Source: a virus. From it: a stretch of 35,497 nt of DNA. The position numbers and the translations under genes were made by a program. The stretch is taken from the IMG/VR virus record IMGVR_UViG_3300000271_000004, positions 1 through 35,497 of that record. One strand, written 5' to 3'. The notes under the pieces were generated by a model. It was not told where the DNA came from. It made no database searches and worked only from the letters and a program-made list of their open reading frames with translations. Position 1 is the first letter of the stretch. Every line of letters begins with the position of its first letter. Below, one piece after another: positions 15,090-26,119 of this stretch.

Positions 15090-15576
15090 CATAGCAGAAC
15101 TCATGCTATTCAATTGGCAAAACTGCCAGGCTGGTAGAATCGAGTTTTTACGTAAAGGTGAAGAAAAGGAAGTTAAACAGTCATTTTTAAGCCGTTTAAT
15201 GAAACGTAAACAAGAAAAGGAATATACACGTGAAAATGACATTAAAGCGTGGGAAATGGTACAAAAAGACTTTGTAGATAGGTTGGGAATGCCAACACAT
15301 TCAAAAGACTTTGCAAAACTTCAAGAAAAGCATACTAAAGCAATTTACAAGTACTTAGGCGCAAATGATGACCACCCGCAGAAACGATTCTTTATGAATG
15401 ATGTTGTGTATTGGCAAAATGAGATTGAAAAGGCTTTAAAAGTTGACCCAAACACTCCAAAAAATACGATTGAACAAACATTGTTAACGCTTTCGAAGAT
15501 GGAAGGTAGGCAACTAACAATAAAAAATACAAGTGTTTTAGATTTTCACTTACTAATTAACCAAAAAACTAACTAA
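15055..15576 (+). CDS. Tail-module protein (second chaperone-position gene); start could be 15055 or 15103
   Basis: The ORF overlaps the previous gene by 35 nt in the +1 frame and lies directly upstream of the tape measure. Confidence 0.6.
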   Translation: MQNTLIKNYFTDIAELMLFNWQNCQAGRIEFLRKGEEKEVKQSFLSRLMKRKQEKEYTRENDIKAWEMVQKDFVDRLGMPTHSKDFAKLQEKHTKAIYKYLGANDDHPQKRFFMNDVVYWQNEIEKALKVDPNTPKNTIEQTLLTLSKMEGRQLTIKNTSVLDFHLLINQKTN

Positions 15577-15577
15577 G

Positions 15578-18529
15578 ATGGCAAAACAGAAACTTTGGGA
15601 AGGTGAAAAGTCGCCCATAGCACAATTAAGCGAGGATTTAAAGAGGTTACAAACCGAAACTAACATACAAATAGCTTTAACTGATAAACTTAAAACTAGC
15701 CTTGGAAGTATTCAGGCGACTGCAAAAAGTAGTGGTTCAATTGGTGGTGATAAAAACGAAATAGATACGTTAAAACGATTGAATGAAGAACACTTAAAAG
15801 CTATTGCCTTACTTGAAAAAGAAAAGGTTACACGTCAAGCATTGGAACAAACTAGTAAAGAAGTTGAAAAGAACAGACTTGCTGAAATACGTTTGATGCA
15901 ACAACGCGAACGTGCGTTTGATAATTACGAAAAGAAATTATCTAAGGAAGTAGCAACACAAACACGTTTAAGTTCCGTTTACTCAAAGGTTGACCAGAAG
16001 CTATCCAACATGGTTAAAGAATACCGTGATTTGGCAGTAAGAAAAGAGTTGAATATAAAACTTACTGAAAAAGAGAATTCACGAATGGATTTCTTAGCTA
16101 CTAAGATAACCAAGTATGACCAAGCGTTAAAAGCAACTGATGCAAATAGTGGGAAGTTCCAAAGAAACGTTGGGAACTATGCGAGTGGATTTAATACTTT
16201 AAATAATTCGGTTAATCAGTTAACGCGAGAAATGCCAGCTTTTGCAAATAGTATGCAAACGGGATTCATGGCAATATCTAATAACTTACCGATGTTCTTT
16301 GATGAAATTAGCAAACTAAAGAAAGCTAATATTGAACTTACAAAAAGTGGTGAACCTACAAAAAATGTATTTAAGAGCCTTGGTTCTGCAATATTTTCTA
16401 CCTCTTCACTTCTTTCAATTGGTGTTACTTTGCTAACTGTGTACGGGGCTAAATTAATTGACATGATTAGTTCTGGTGATAAAGTTAATAAGCAAGCAGA
16501 AGAAAATAGAAAAGTAAGAAAAGCGCAAAATGAAGAAATGCAAAAACAAGCTGATTTCATAGGTCGTGAATCTTCTGAATATGTTGGCTATATATTACAA
16601 TTAAAGCGAACAAATGAAGGAAGTAAAGAGCGCTCAAGATTAATAACACAAATCAATGATAAATACGGAATAACGCTTAAAAACTTATCAGATGAAACAG
16701 CATTTCAAAAGATGCTAAATAACGAGATTAAAAACTATATTGAATATGCAAAACAAAAGTATTTGGTTCAAAAAAACGATGAATTAATACAACGAAATCT
16801 ATCTAAACAGGATAAATATAAAGCTGAATTATTAAAAACAAATATAGATGGTCTTAAACAGGAATTGTACTTTTTAGATTTACAAAAAAGAGCGGGTCAA
16901 GATGTTAACCAAGATAGATTAAAAGAACAAAGTGGATTACAAGCCGTTATTGATAAACGCGCTGATTTAGAAGAAAAACTACGTTTAGCAGATATTCGAT
17001 TACAATCATACGGTTATCATTTATTTGAAGCAAATAAAAACTTAGAAGGATTTGGATATAATACAAACAAAAATAATAAAACCTTAAATGATAATGCTAA
17101 TTCGCTTAAAAATGTAAATACAGAGCTAAAAGAATACGACGATTGGTTACAACGTAGAATTGAACACGCTACAGATGAACGAAAATTAATTGATGAAATC
17201 TTAGCAATTGGTCAAGAAGAACAGGTGAAAATACGTCAAAAAGTAAGTGAGGAAATGTTCCAAGATTCATTAATTCTTGCTACTAAAACGGGTGAAGTTT
17301 ATATTGATACTTTAGAAAAAACTATAAACGATGAATTTGATTTAAGAGCACAATCAATACGTGAAAGAAATGAGTTTGAAAAACAAGAACTATTAAAAGG
17401 TATTGATGCTACACGTGTACTTGAAATTGAGCGTTTGATACGTGAGAAGGATGAATTATTAAAACAAGAGGGATTAACAGCAGAACAAAAGACAGCTATT
17501 AATGAATCATACGAACAAAGAATAGCAGAACTACGTGTAAGAATGTTACAAGATGAAAAAGTTGTAGCTCTTAAACGTGAGAAACTTGAATTAGAATTAA
17601 ACACCACTTTAGGAGATTTGAATGAAGAGCGTGCAAAACGATTGAAACAAGTAAATGATGAATTAATTGATGCACAAAAACAATATGCAGAAGGAACAAA
17701 AAAAGTAGGTGAAAAATCAGCTAAAGATGAGATAAAAACGGAAAAAGGTAAAAATAAAGAGTTAGCCGATTTACGTAAAAAATCAATAGATGAACTTATT
17801 CAAATGCAAATTAATAAGTCAAAACGAATTGAAGATGCTATTGATAAGGAAATATCAGCTAATCAAAAGTTGCAAGATTCACTAAAAGAACAGGCAAATT
17901 TAGGCGTTGATACCGCGCAACAATCGTTAGCAACATTAAAGGAACAAGAAGCAGAAAAGACAAAAGCAAAGGAAAAAGAAGCTAAGAAACAAGAAACATT
18001 AGAGCGTATAAAGGTAGCCTATTCACTATTTGAAGCGTCAATTTCTAAAGGCGATAACATCGGTACTGCAAGTGTAAAAACAACGGCTGGAATATCAATT
18101 GTAGAAGCTATTATACAAAGTTTCAAAAAGTTCTACCATGGTACAGACGATACAGGAAGCACAGGAATGATGCGTGACCAATTTGGAGCGATTACAGGTG
18201 TTACACATGAAAATGAAACCGTACTTTCAAAAAGCGATAAAAAAGACTTGGGATTTATTTCGCGCCAAGACTTAAAGGAAAAGGTTAAATTAGCTAATTC
18301 AATTCTATATGAAAAGCAATTGAAAACATCTACAACACAGAACTTTGGATTTGCTGAAAATGTGGCTAATTCGCTTAATCCTTTAGGCGGTAAATTGGAT
18401 AGGCTTATTTCACTTATTGAAAACCAACCAACGCAAACACTAAGCGAAGAGGTTGTAGATGGAATAGGTCGAGCGGTTGTAGCTACGTATACAAAAGGAA
18501 ATGATAAACTAACTAAAATATACAATTAA
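15578..18529 (+). CDS. Tail tape measure protein
   Basis: 983 aa, long E/K/Q/L coiled coil, internal hydrophobic segments (SAIFSTSSLLSIGVTLLTVYGAKLI), canonical position. Confidence 0.85.
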   Translation: MAKQKLWEGEKSPIAQLSEDLKRLQTETNIQIALTDKLKTSLGSIQATAKSSGSIGGDKNEIDTLKRLNEEHLKAIALLEKEKVTRQALEQTSKEVEKNRLAEIRLMQQRERAFDNYEKKLSKEVATQTRLSSVYSKVDQKLSNMVKEYRDLAVRKELNIKLTEKENSRMDFLATKITKYDQALKATDANSGKFQRNVGNYASGFNTLNNSVNQLTREMPAFANSMQTGFMAISNNLPMFFDEISKLKKANIELTKSGEPTKNVFKSLGSAIFSTSSLLSIGVTLLTVYGAKLIDMISSGDKVNKQAEENRKVRKAQNEEMQKQADFIGRESSEYVGYILQLKRTNEGSKERSRLITQINDKYGITLKNLSDETAFQKMLNNEIKNYIEYAKQKYLVQKNDELIQRNLSKQDKYKAELLKTNIDGLKQELYFLDLQKRAGQDVNQDRLKEQSGLQAVIDKRADLEEKLRLADIRLQSYGYHLFEANKNLEGFGYNTNKNNKTLNDNANSLKNVNTELKEYDDWLQRRIEHATDERKLIDEILAIGQEEQVKIRQKVSEEMFQDSLILATKTGEVYIDTLEKTINDEFDLRAQSIRERNEFEKQELLKGIDATRVLEIERLIREKDELLKQEGLTAEQKTAINESYEQRIAELRVRMLQDEKVVALKREKLELELNTTLGDLNEERAKRLKQVNDELIDAQKQYAEGTKKVGEKSAKDEIKTEKGKNKELADLRKKSIDELIQMQINKSKRIEDAIDKEISANQKLQDSLKEQANLGVDTAQQSLATLKEQEAEKTKAKEKEAKKQETLERIKVAYSLFEASISKGDNIGTASVKTTAGISIVEAIIQSFKKFYHGTDDTGSTGMMRDQFGAITGVTHENETVLSKSDKKDLGFISRQDLKEKVKLANSILYEKQLKTSTTQNFGFAENVANSLNPLGGKLDRLISLIENQPTQTLSEEVVDGIGRAVVATYTKGNDKLTKIYN

Positions 18530-20241
18530 TGGAAGTATTCGCTGGTTTAAACAATGACCAAATTAACCCCGTTGGAGTTTTAGATTTTGGATTGGTTCGT
18601 GAGTTTGAAGTGCAAGGTCAAAGATTGACTGTTACAAATGGGCAGTTAGAATTGGTAAATGAAGATAGAGTAGCTTTACTCAATTGGATTTATAACGAAT
18701 ATGGTCGATTCATCAATTACCCTATTTCAATAGTTAGCCTTGGATTTAATCAACGTTACTTCATGGATTTGAAAACGGCAAAGATTACAGATTCAAGCAT
18801 AACAGCCGATTTAATAGTTCGTCGTGGAAATGACAACTTCTATGAACGTTCACGTGGATTAACCTTTGAGGAAGTATTTAAAAAGGGTTTTATTCCTTCT
18901 GATTTGATTAATTACTTACCGTACCAAGTAGTAAGGGAAACCACAGCACTTGAAAAGGTTATGTTGCTCGCTACATTGTTAACGGTATCACAAACATTAT
19001 TTACAATCATTCAACAAACAGCTTATTTAGTTGCAGAAGGCGCGAATCTATTAAACGTACTTGTTCTTATTTTAAAAGCCGTTTTAATTGCGGTATGGCT
19101 TATTGCTACCTTAGCTTTATTAGCTACTATTTTAAAGGAAATAAAGTCAATTATTTTACCAAAAGTAAGATACTTTCAAATGTGTTCAGACTATGATTTA
19201 ATTAAGGCTGGATGTGATTATTTAGGCTTTACGCTTCAATCAACATATTTGAAAAGCAAGCAGAGTAAGTACTTTACAGTTCCTGTTCCAAAGGCAAAAC
19301 CAAACAAAAGTATATTTGATTTCTTACAAGATGAATTAGACCAAGTATATCACAATCAAGCATATCCAAGCTCATTGGATGGTTCAATTGCTACACATTG
19401 GGGACTTATTGAAGATTGGTTAAAACTACATAACCTTGAAATATTTGTGAGTGACGGTGTTGTTCAAATTGAGCAGCCAAGTTTCTTTAATAGTACTACA
19501 AATTTAACTTTACCCGTAGCATTTTCAGACCAGCAAAAGAGCGAAAAAAGCTATGTTTTTAATTCAGAATTACTCGATGTTTGGCGAAGAAAGTATTTAT
19601 CTTATCAAATAGATTATGTTGATACGCATAGTCCAGATATTGACGGAAGTATGCGTGTTGAAGTTATTACAGAACCTATCACTATTCCGCCAAATTGTAA
19701 CGATTTAGTTGCACATACAGGGCTATATGAAGTTCAATCAGCACACGCGTTAATGAAGCGTAAAGATAAATTATTACCAGCTGAAAAAGCATTATTAGTA
19801 CTTGCAAAGAAAGCAGACCAAATATTGAACTTATTTGGTAATGGTTCAGATTTAGCGAGCGGTATTTCAGCACGTGATGGAATAGGTATGATTGGTTCAC
19901 AATGGTTTTCTATACCCAAAAGAGTTTATGTAGATAAAGCCACAGGAAAGCAACCAAAGGATTATTTAGCTAAGTTATCAATGGATGTGCTATATCAACA
20001 AAATCATGCTTCATTCGATGTTAAAACACGTAATGCAAGACGTTTTGAAATGACTATACCAATGACACCTAATAATTTTCAAGTGCTACAATCAAATAAT
20101 AGATTTTATACAGAAGACGGTGAATTAGCACGTGTAATGAGTTGTAAATTTTACGATTCAGAACAACAAAGAAAAGCCGAAATGATAATTCAATTGAGCG
20201 ATAATAGCGCGTTTAATACGAAAGTCACTAAATTAGCATAA
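18529..20241 (+). CDS. Tail protein in the distal-tail position with an internal ~60-aa hydrophobic block
   Basis: 570 aa with a TAATG overlap to the tape measure gene. Residues about 145-203 are almost entirely L/I/V/A/T. Confidence 0.7.
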   Translation: MEVFAGLNNDQINPVGVLDFGLVREFEVQGQRLTVTNGQLELVNEDRVALLNWIYNEYGRFINYPISIVSLGFNQRYFMDLKTAKITDSSITADLIVRRGNDNFYERSRGLTFEEVFKKGFIPSDLINYLPYQVVRETTALEKVMLLATLLTVSQTLFTIIQQTAYLVAEGANLLNVLVLILKAVLIAVWLIATLALLATILKEIKSIILPKVRYFQMCSDYDLIKAGCDYLGFTLQSTYLKSKQSKYFTVPVPKAKPNKSIFDFLQDELDQVYHNQAYPSSLDGSIATHWGLIEDWLKLHNLEIFVSDGVVQIEQPSFFNSTTNLTLPVAFSDQQKSEKSYVFNSELLDVWRRKYLSYQIDYVDTHSPDIDGSMRVEVITEPITIPPNCNDLVAHTGLYEVQSAHALMKRKDKLLPAEKALLVLAKKADQILNLFGNGSDLASGISARDGIGMIGSQWFSIPKRVYVDKATGKQPKDYLAKLSMDVLYQQNHASFDVKTRNARRFEMTIPMTPNNFQVLQSNNRFYTEDGELARVMSCKFYDSEQQRKAEMIIQLSDNSAFNTKVTKLA

Positions 20242-20495
20242 TGGAAATACAGAACCTTATAAAAGACTTAGATAAGACGGTTAATAATCTTCTAAGCAAA
20301 TCGGATTTAACTACACAAGAAAAAGCCGATGTAATGAAAGTTATGGGTAGCGCTTCTAAAGTTTCAGATGTTTTTTCATCTATTGACTTTGAAAACTCGG
20401 ACTTTTCAGAGCAAATTGAAAAGATGAATGAGATACAAAATGAAAGTAACGCAATACTAAATAAATTGAAAGATGGGTTTAACAATCGTAAATAG
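20241..20495 (+). CDS. Small coiled-coil-like tail-module protein
   Basis: 84-aa ORF with a TAATG overlap. Confidence 0.55.
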   Translation: MEIQNLIKDLDKTVNNLLSKSDLTTQEKADVMKVMGSASKVSDVFSSIDFENSDFSEQIEKMNEIQNESNAILNKLKDGFNNRK

Positions 20496-23400
20496 AGAAT
20501 TTGTAGATGAACAAGGGCGTGTATACAATCAGTATATAGGCAATGTTTTGGATAAACGAACGGTTAAACTCACCGTTGAAATAAATTATAACATTGTTTT
20601 AAGTGCTTCTATTTCTGTTACTAAAACTGATAATTTTCTTTTTTTACCAATAGGTACATCTTGGGAATCTTTCGGTATTGTTGAGGGTTGCGTTATTTCT
20701 GGAAACTTAAATGGAACATCTATAATTGGTGGCACAACTGTAACAAATGTTGATGGTAATACAATGGTATTGAGTGTCAATCAAAGTGGCACAAATCAAA
20801 CATATACAACGGGAGTTCTACAATTTAATATTATTCCAGAATCATTTGAATTAATACCAAACTTTATTCCATCTACTGAAGATGGTAGTAATTTTTCATT
20901 GGTTGATGGTGAAGTAAATCGTTTTGTTTCAGATGGAATTGATGCCTTAACCATAGGTGGTTCATCTTTGCCATTTTCGCAATTAGGAAATAAAAGTGGG
21001 GGATATGAAGTTTTCCCAACAATTAAAAGAATAGCTGATTTAAACGGAAATAGATGTTATTTGATTGAGATACCAGACGAAAGAAACTACCTATATTTAT
21101 TTGCTGATTTATTTACGGGTATTGATTGTGTGAAACCTTGGTGGCGTTTATCGGCTATTTCACAAACAGCAAATCCAAGTGTTCGTTTATCAAACACATC
21201 CACATTCACTTTGGGAAATACGGGGTTCTTTAACGAAACATTCAACCAAGGATTACCGTATTACTATGCAAGTGGTGCAATTGATGGTGTTTATGCAATT
21301 GACTATACAACGTTTACTATTTCGGGTGAAATAGCCACAGCATTTGACCACACGCAACAAACAGATTTTGAAGTTAGAGTAAATGGTAAATTTAACGCAA
21401 CATCAAAATTTGGTATTGCATTTACACGTCAACCGAATGTAGATGAATTTCAAAATAAGTTAAATTGGATTAATCATAATACATCTTTATCAATCAATGA
21501 TAATCTTTCAGTTGGTACGCCATCCGATATTACAGGATTTGAAAATGATTCATTGGCGAGTGTCGATATTGTGGATATTGAAATAACACAGTTTTCAACG
21601 TATGCAATAATAAAGGGTACGTTAGTTCCAAATGCTTCATATACGACTTATATAAATTCAAGTGAAGATGTAAGCAAAACATATCGATTAGCTGTAAAGG
21701 TAGAAGATTGGGAATTAATAGGTGATAATGTTAAGCCTGTTTGGTTGTCTGCTTCTTATACGGATAGTGTTAAATTCGTACTTCCTTTAGGTGAATATCC
21801 AAATACACTTTACACGGCTTTACTAAATCATAACGATGTAGAAATACCTTATGTTACTGGCACTGAATGGGGTGTTCCAGCTTCTGTTCCAATGACATTA
21901 ATAACAGAAGATAACATAAAACATAGACATTTACTTGCTATTCCAAGACCTACAAAACAGGCTATAAGTGGTCAAGTATTTACAGGTATTACAGTTTCAA
22001 TTGTAGCAAAGAAAAATACGGGTGCAGAATTCAATTTAGAATCTTACACGCTTAATTTTGGTTCAGTTTTAACGGGTGATGATACAATGATTGTTAACCA
22101 AATAGTACCGAGAGGTTTTAAATTACCACCTACAAGTGATAAAAATAAGGTTCAGATTTCAAGACATTTACCGCTTGATAATCCTTTAGTGTTTGGTATT
22201 GAAGTTGATTACGGTTTACTTTTGGATTGGAAATATTGGCAGAATCAATTGAATGCTGACATTGAATTTTTCCCAAATCAAAACAAAAATTGGTTTAATT
22301 ATCAAAATATTGATTGGTCTGTATTTGCTAAATTAGAAGTAAATACTACAGATGGAAGTTATGTTAATTTATACAGTTTTCAACATTCAGATTACGATAC
22401 TTGGCATGAACAAACACTTGGAACGTCGGTAATATCTTATCATTTAGTTGATGGAACACCAATAACAAAGCCTTTAGCTAATGAAATAACAATGGTTCGT
22501 GCTACACATACACACCCTTCTGAAAATTGGGATGTTCCGAGCACTTGGGGTGAAATAACGGTAGAGCCTTATGAATCTACACCGCGTTGGTACACTTCAA
22601 GTGTTTTGCCAAATGGTGCAGTTCCTCAAAATCCATTAGTTCCTTTATCGGGTGAAATAAAATGTAAGCTAACAGTTACGGGTACAGTTGCCGTTTTGGA
22701 AACTTTATTCGACCCTTCAAAAATTGATATTACAAAAGGAATTTCTTTCACATCAAGAATAGAAGATTTTGCAAGAAAGGGTGATGTTTACGATTCAAAA
22801 TTAAACAGAACTAAGGATTATACCGTACCTATTCAATCACCTAAACAATTTGAAAATGACGATAGAGCCGATTTTGAATGTTGTGAGAAAAGAAAGGTAA
22901 TAGGTGACTTAAACAATACTGAAACAAAAAGAAATGATGTAACAAGCCATGTTGTAGCGGGTGAAAGTGTTGAATTCATATTATACAATCCAAGCGGAAA
23001 TACAGGGTATGTAATTGATTCTTTAGCATTTGCAGAACAATCGAATATGTGGTATTGTCAATTAAATTGGCGTGATATACTTTCGAATTTTGGCGCTGGA
23101 TGTTATCGCATTTCGGCTTTAATTGATTATGCTGGTCTTCAAACTGAAATCGTTTTAGAGAATTATCAGTTATTGCATTATAGCTATGAATCCACGGCAA
23201 ATGATGTTAGATTAACCGTTATTTATAACGCTAATGATTTAAAGAATAACATCATTTACAACAATACAAATGTTATTGATTCTATTCGCGTAAATGGTCA
23301 ATTCAATTATTCACAGCCTAACTTAAATATTCAAAACTACACTAAAACAAGTTTTGAGCAAAACAAGATTACAAGACAGGCGCGTGAAACATTTGAATTA

Positions 23401-23865
23401 AGAACAGGGCAACTGTCTGAAAAGGCAATTAGAATGTTGAAATACGTTTTACAACATGAAAACTATTTATTAATTACAGACTATTGCTTACTTAATCCGC
23501 GTTATGATTTAATTGATAAAGCTGTTATCTTAACCGAAACACCCGTTTTGAACTACATTGATACGGGAAGCCGTACAATATCGGCTACGGCAAAATTTGA
23601 GGAAAAGATAATTAGTAATATTTCAACTTTCTCAAATGATAATGTACAACAATTACCAATTAGTATTACTTTTACAAATGGCAACGGTGGCGGTGGATTT
23701 TCAACAATTGTAAATTCAGACGGTAGCTTTAATGTTACATTTGATAGTGGTACTACTTATGAATTAGAAGATTATACGTTGAATGTGTTAAGAAATGGAG
23801 TTTTAATAAGCACAACTACATTTCCAGCACTTGAACCCGTTACGGATATAAATATTACAATATGA
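20473..23865 (+). CDS. Large tail/baseplate (host-recognition candidate) protein
   Basis: 1130-aa ORF, beta-rich in composition, after the tape measure and distal-tail genes. Confidence 0.75.
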   Translation: MGLTIVNREFVDEQGRVYNQYIGNVLDKRTVKLTVEINYNIVLSASISVTKTDNFLFLPIGTSWESFGIVEGCVISGNLNGTSIIGGTTVTNVDGNTMVLSVNQSGTNQTYTTGVLQFNIIPESFELIPNFIPSTEDGSNFSLVDGEVNRFVSDGIDALTIGGSSLPFSQLGNKSGGYEVFPTIKRIADLNGNRCYLIEIPDERNYLYLFADLFTGIDCVKPWWRLSAISQTANPSVRLSNTSTFTLGNTGFFNETFNQGLPYYYASGAIDGVYAIDYTTFTISGEIATAFDHTQQTDFEVRVNGKFNATSKFGIAFTRQPNVDEFQNKLNWINHNTSLSINDNLSVGTPSDITGFENDSLASVDIVDIEITQFSTYAIIKGTLVPNASYTTYINSSEDVSKTYRLAVKVEDWELIGDNVKPVWLSASYTDSVKFVLPLGEYPNTLYTALLNHNDVEIPYVTGTEWGVPASVPMTLITEDNIKHRHLLAIPRPTKQAISGQVFTGITVSIVAKKNTGAEFNLESYTLNFGSVLTGDDTMIVNQIVPRGFKLPPTSDKNKVQISRHLPLDNPLVFGIEVDYGLLLDWKYWQNQLNADIEFFPNQNKNWFNYQNIDWSVFAKLEVNTTDGSYVNLYSFQHSDYDTWHEQTLGTSVISYHLVDGTPITKPLANEITMVRATHTHPSENWDVPSTWGEITVEPYESTPRWYTSSVLPNGAVPQNPLVPLSGEIKCKLTVTGTVAVLETLFDPSKIDITKGISFTSRIEDFARKGDVYDSKLNRTKDYTVPIQSPKQFENDDRADFECCEKRKVIGDLNNTETKRNDVTSHVVAGESVEFILYNPSGNTGYVIDSLAFAEQSNMWYCQLNWRDILSNFGAGCYRISALIDYAGLQTEIVLENYQLLHYSYESTANDVRLTVIYNANDLKNNIIYNNTNVIDSIRVNGQFNYSQPNLNIQNYTKTSFEQNKITRQARETFELRTGQLSEKAIRMLKYVLQHENYLLITDYCLLNPRYDLIDKAVILTETPVLNYIDTGSRTISATAKFEEKIISNISTFSNDNVQQLPISITFTNGNGGGGFSTIVNSDGSFNVTFDSGTTYELEDYTLNVLRNGVLISTTTFPALEPVTDINITI

Positions 23866-24593
23866 GCACTATAAATATTGATTTAACAGGCGAAACACTT
23901 TATACAGGTGATGGAACTTTAAACTCTGATAGAGTTGTTGATTGCGGCACGTACACTTTGAAATTCACAAGAAATAATGGTGTAACACTTCAAACGAGTG
24001 TTGCGCCTACGGGTGGTGATGCTTCATTTAATGTAATTGGAAATGGTAGTTCTGGTGGTAGTATTATTGAAACTATTAAAAATGGTTCTGGTAATTTGAT
24101 TCGACAAAGTTATGGTGATAAAACAAATATATTCTTTGGAACTACATCTGTAGGAGCTGCTATTGGAACTGCTTTTTTATTTGAGGTTAATGGGACTGCA
24201 CTAAGTCAAAGAGGCATAATATCCCAAAGTAGCGGTTTAGTAGCTATACAGGGAGAAGATAATTCTAATGTTGGTATATTAGGAAAATCAAATAGTGCTA
24301 TTGGAATTTATGGTTTAACAGATACAGGTATAGGTGGTTTATTTGTTACAACTGCATCGGGTTTTGCTTCTCAACACGTAGGTAAAGTATTGATTGAACA
24401 GACAAATACTGGTGTTAACTCATCAGTGGCAATATTTGAAGTGAACCACACAACAAAAGGGTCTTTACCAGCTCCAAGAATGACAACAATACAAAAAACA
24501 TCTATAACTGCTATTGCTGGATTAATGGTTTATGATACAACATTAAACAAGTTACAATGCTATGATGGCACTATTTGGAATGATTTATTTTAA
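23862..24593 (+). CDS. Tail fibre-like protein
   Basis: 243 aa with G/S/T/I-rich repeats (GILGKSNSAIGIYGLTDTGIGGLF) and an ATGA-coupled start. Confidence 0.7.
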   Translation: MSTINIDLTGETLYTGDGTLNSDRVVDCGTYTLKFTRNNGVTLQTSVAPTGGDASFNVIGNGSSGGSIIETIKNGSGNLIRQSYGDKTNIFFGTTSVGAAIGTAFLFEVNGTALSQRGIISQSSGLVAIQGEDNSNVGILGKSNSAIGIYGLTDTGIGGLFVTTASGFASQHVGKVLIEQTNTGVNSSVAIFEVNHTTKGSLPAPRMTTIQKTSITAIAGLMVYDTTLNKLQCYDGTIWNDLF

Positions 24594-24598
24594 TAGAT

Positions 24599-25090
24599 AT
24601 GATAAGAACTAAAAACAACAAAAAAGTGCTTATAGAAGCACAAAACGGCATATTCGGTAACGTTTATATGCAAGTAATGAATCCAAATTTTAACGATTTA
24701 AACGATACCGTACAAGTTGATGTTCAATTGTTTTACATTAAACAAAAAACTATTAAAAACCCACAAATTAATCAAAGTGGAGTACTTGAAGAAATTGAAG
24801 TTACAAAAAGCTATTTTGAACAATTTGGCGGTTATGTAGGCTTATTTAAACGTTCAACATGGAATAATGTTTTCGGCGGTGTTTCAAAAGACGATTATGA
24901 CACATTGTTTATTAATACAATTAATCTTGTAAATGAACGTGAAAGAAACGATGCTTGGACGGGTCAAGAATTACAAAGGATTTCGTATTGGGCTAAACCC
25001 ATTACTTTTAATGGTATAGAATTAGGCGGAATAACGGGAGAAGACTTAGAAATAGTTACGCCACAAATGCTTCAAGATTTAGGATTTTGA
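24599..25090 (+). CDS. Hypothetical tail-module protein
   Basis: 163-aa ORF. Confidence 0.6.
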   Translation: MIRTKNNKKVLIEAQNGIFGNVYMQVMNPNFNDLNDTVQVDVQLFYIKQKTIKNPQINQSGVLEEIEVTKSYFEQFGGYVGLFKRSTWNNVFGGVSKDDYDTLFINTINLVNERERNDAWTGQELQRISYWAKPITFNGIELGGITGEDLEIVTPQMLQDLGF

Positions 25091-25911
25091 TTTTATACCG
25101 TGAAAATAACGAGATAATTTTAGACTACGAAAATGGTAATGTTACGCGTATTCAATGGGGATTGATGAAACCTATTAAAAACGGAACGTTATATACTATT
25201 TCGGATAGTTTAAATTCATGTTTAATTGAGAATATTGATTTAACAGAATTCAAAAAACAGGATTCAAGTAATTATACTGAAATTGAATTAGATATTTTTT
25301 TAGGTACTCAAGGTTTAATAGATTATTTTCCAATATATACTAATTCATGGGGTGAAATTACAGGCGCTTTATCTGACCAAACAGATTTGCAAACTGAATT
25401 AGATTCTAAAGAAGATAATTCCAATAAAAGCGATAACGCGTCATTAGGCACAAGCGATACATTATACCCAACACAAAATGCGGTTAAAACATATGTTGAT
25501 ACGGCTATTGGTAGCTTATCAACTTCTTTATTTGTTCAAGCAACAAATACAAGCCCAGCAGATGCAACAACGCAATACTTTGGGAGCGCACCAAGGGGGA
25601 TGCTTACAACCGCTAACAGAAATTTACAAATATCACGTGTTGCTCAAATTATAACAGCTGCGGATATTACTATTTCAAGCGGTAGGGCTGGAACAGCAGA
25701 ACCTTGGTTAATGTATATTCGAGTGAATAATACGGTTGATTATTTAATTGCAACAGTTGCAAGTACAGCTTTAGATAGAGTATTCTATAATTCTTCTTTA
25801 TCAATTTCTTTAGCTGTTAATGATACGTGGGAAATTAAACTTGTTTGTCCAACATGGGTAACAAATCCAGCTACTTGTGTGACAAGTGGGAATATATATG
25901 TAACAATTTAA
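25087..25911 (+). CDS. Tail fibre-like protein (apparent TTG start)
   Basis: GALSDQTDLQTELDSK and LYPTQNAVKTYVD motifs are common in phage fibre proteins. No ATG is near the ORF start. Confidence 0.65.
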   Translation: MILYRENNEIILDYENGNVTRIQWGLMKPIKNGTLYTISDSLNSCLIENIDLTEFKKQDSSNYTEIELDIFLGTQGLIDYFPIYTNSWGEITGALSDQTDLQTELDSKEDNSNKSDNASLGTSDTLYPTQNAVKTYVDTAIGSLSTSLFVQATNTSPADATTQYFGSAPRGMLTTANRNLQISRVAQIITAADITISSGRAGTAEPWLMYIRVNNTVDYLIATVASTALDRVFYNSSLSISLAVNDTWEIKLVCPTWVTNPATCVTSGNIYVTI

Positions 25912-25942
25912 AATAATTATTAACTTAGCAAAAACAAAGAAC

Positions 25943-26119
25943 ATGGCAACAATTAAGTATAAGGATTCAAGTGAGGTTGAACATACGGTAACGTTTGAAA
26001 GCGAATTAGGTGTAATTATTACGGTTGATTCAGATACGGCACAATATACCGTTACAACTACAAGCCCTACAATTTCAACCACTACCGAATTTATCGGTGG
26101 AAGACCTTCAAGAAAATGA
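25943..26119 (+). CDS. 58-aa T-rich protein, absent from the ORF track
   Basis: MATIKYKDSSEVEHTVTFESELG...; its stop overlaps the next ATG as ATGA. Confidence 0.45.
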   Translation: MATIKYKDSSEVEHTVTFESELGVIITVDSDTAQYTVTTTSPTISTTTEFIGGRPSRK

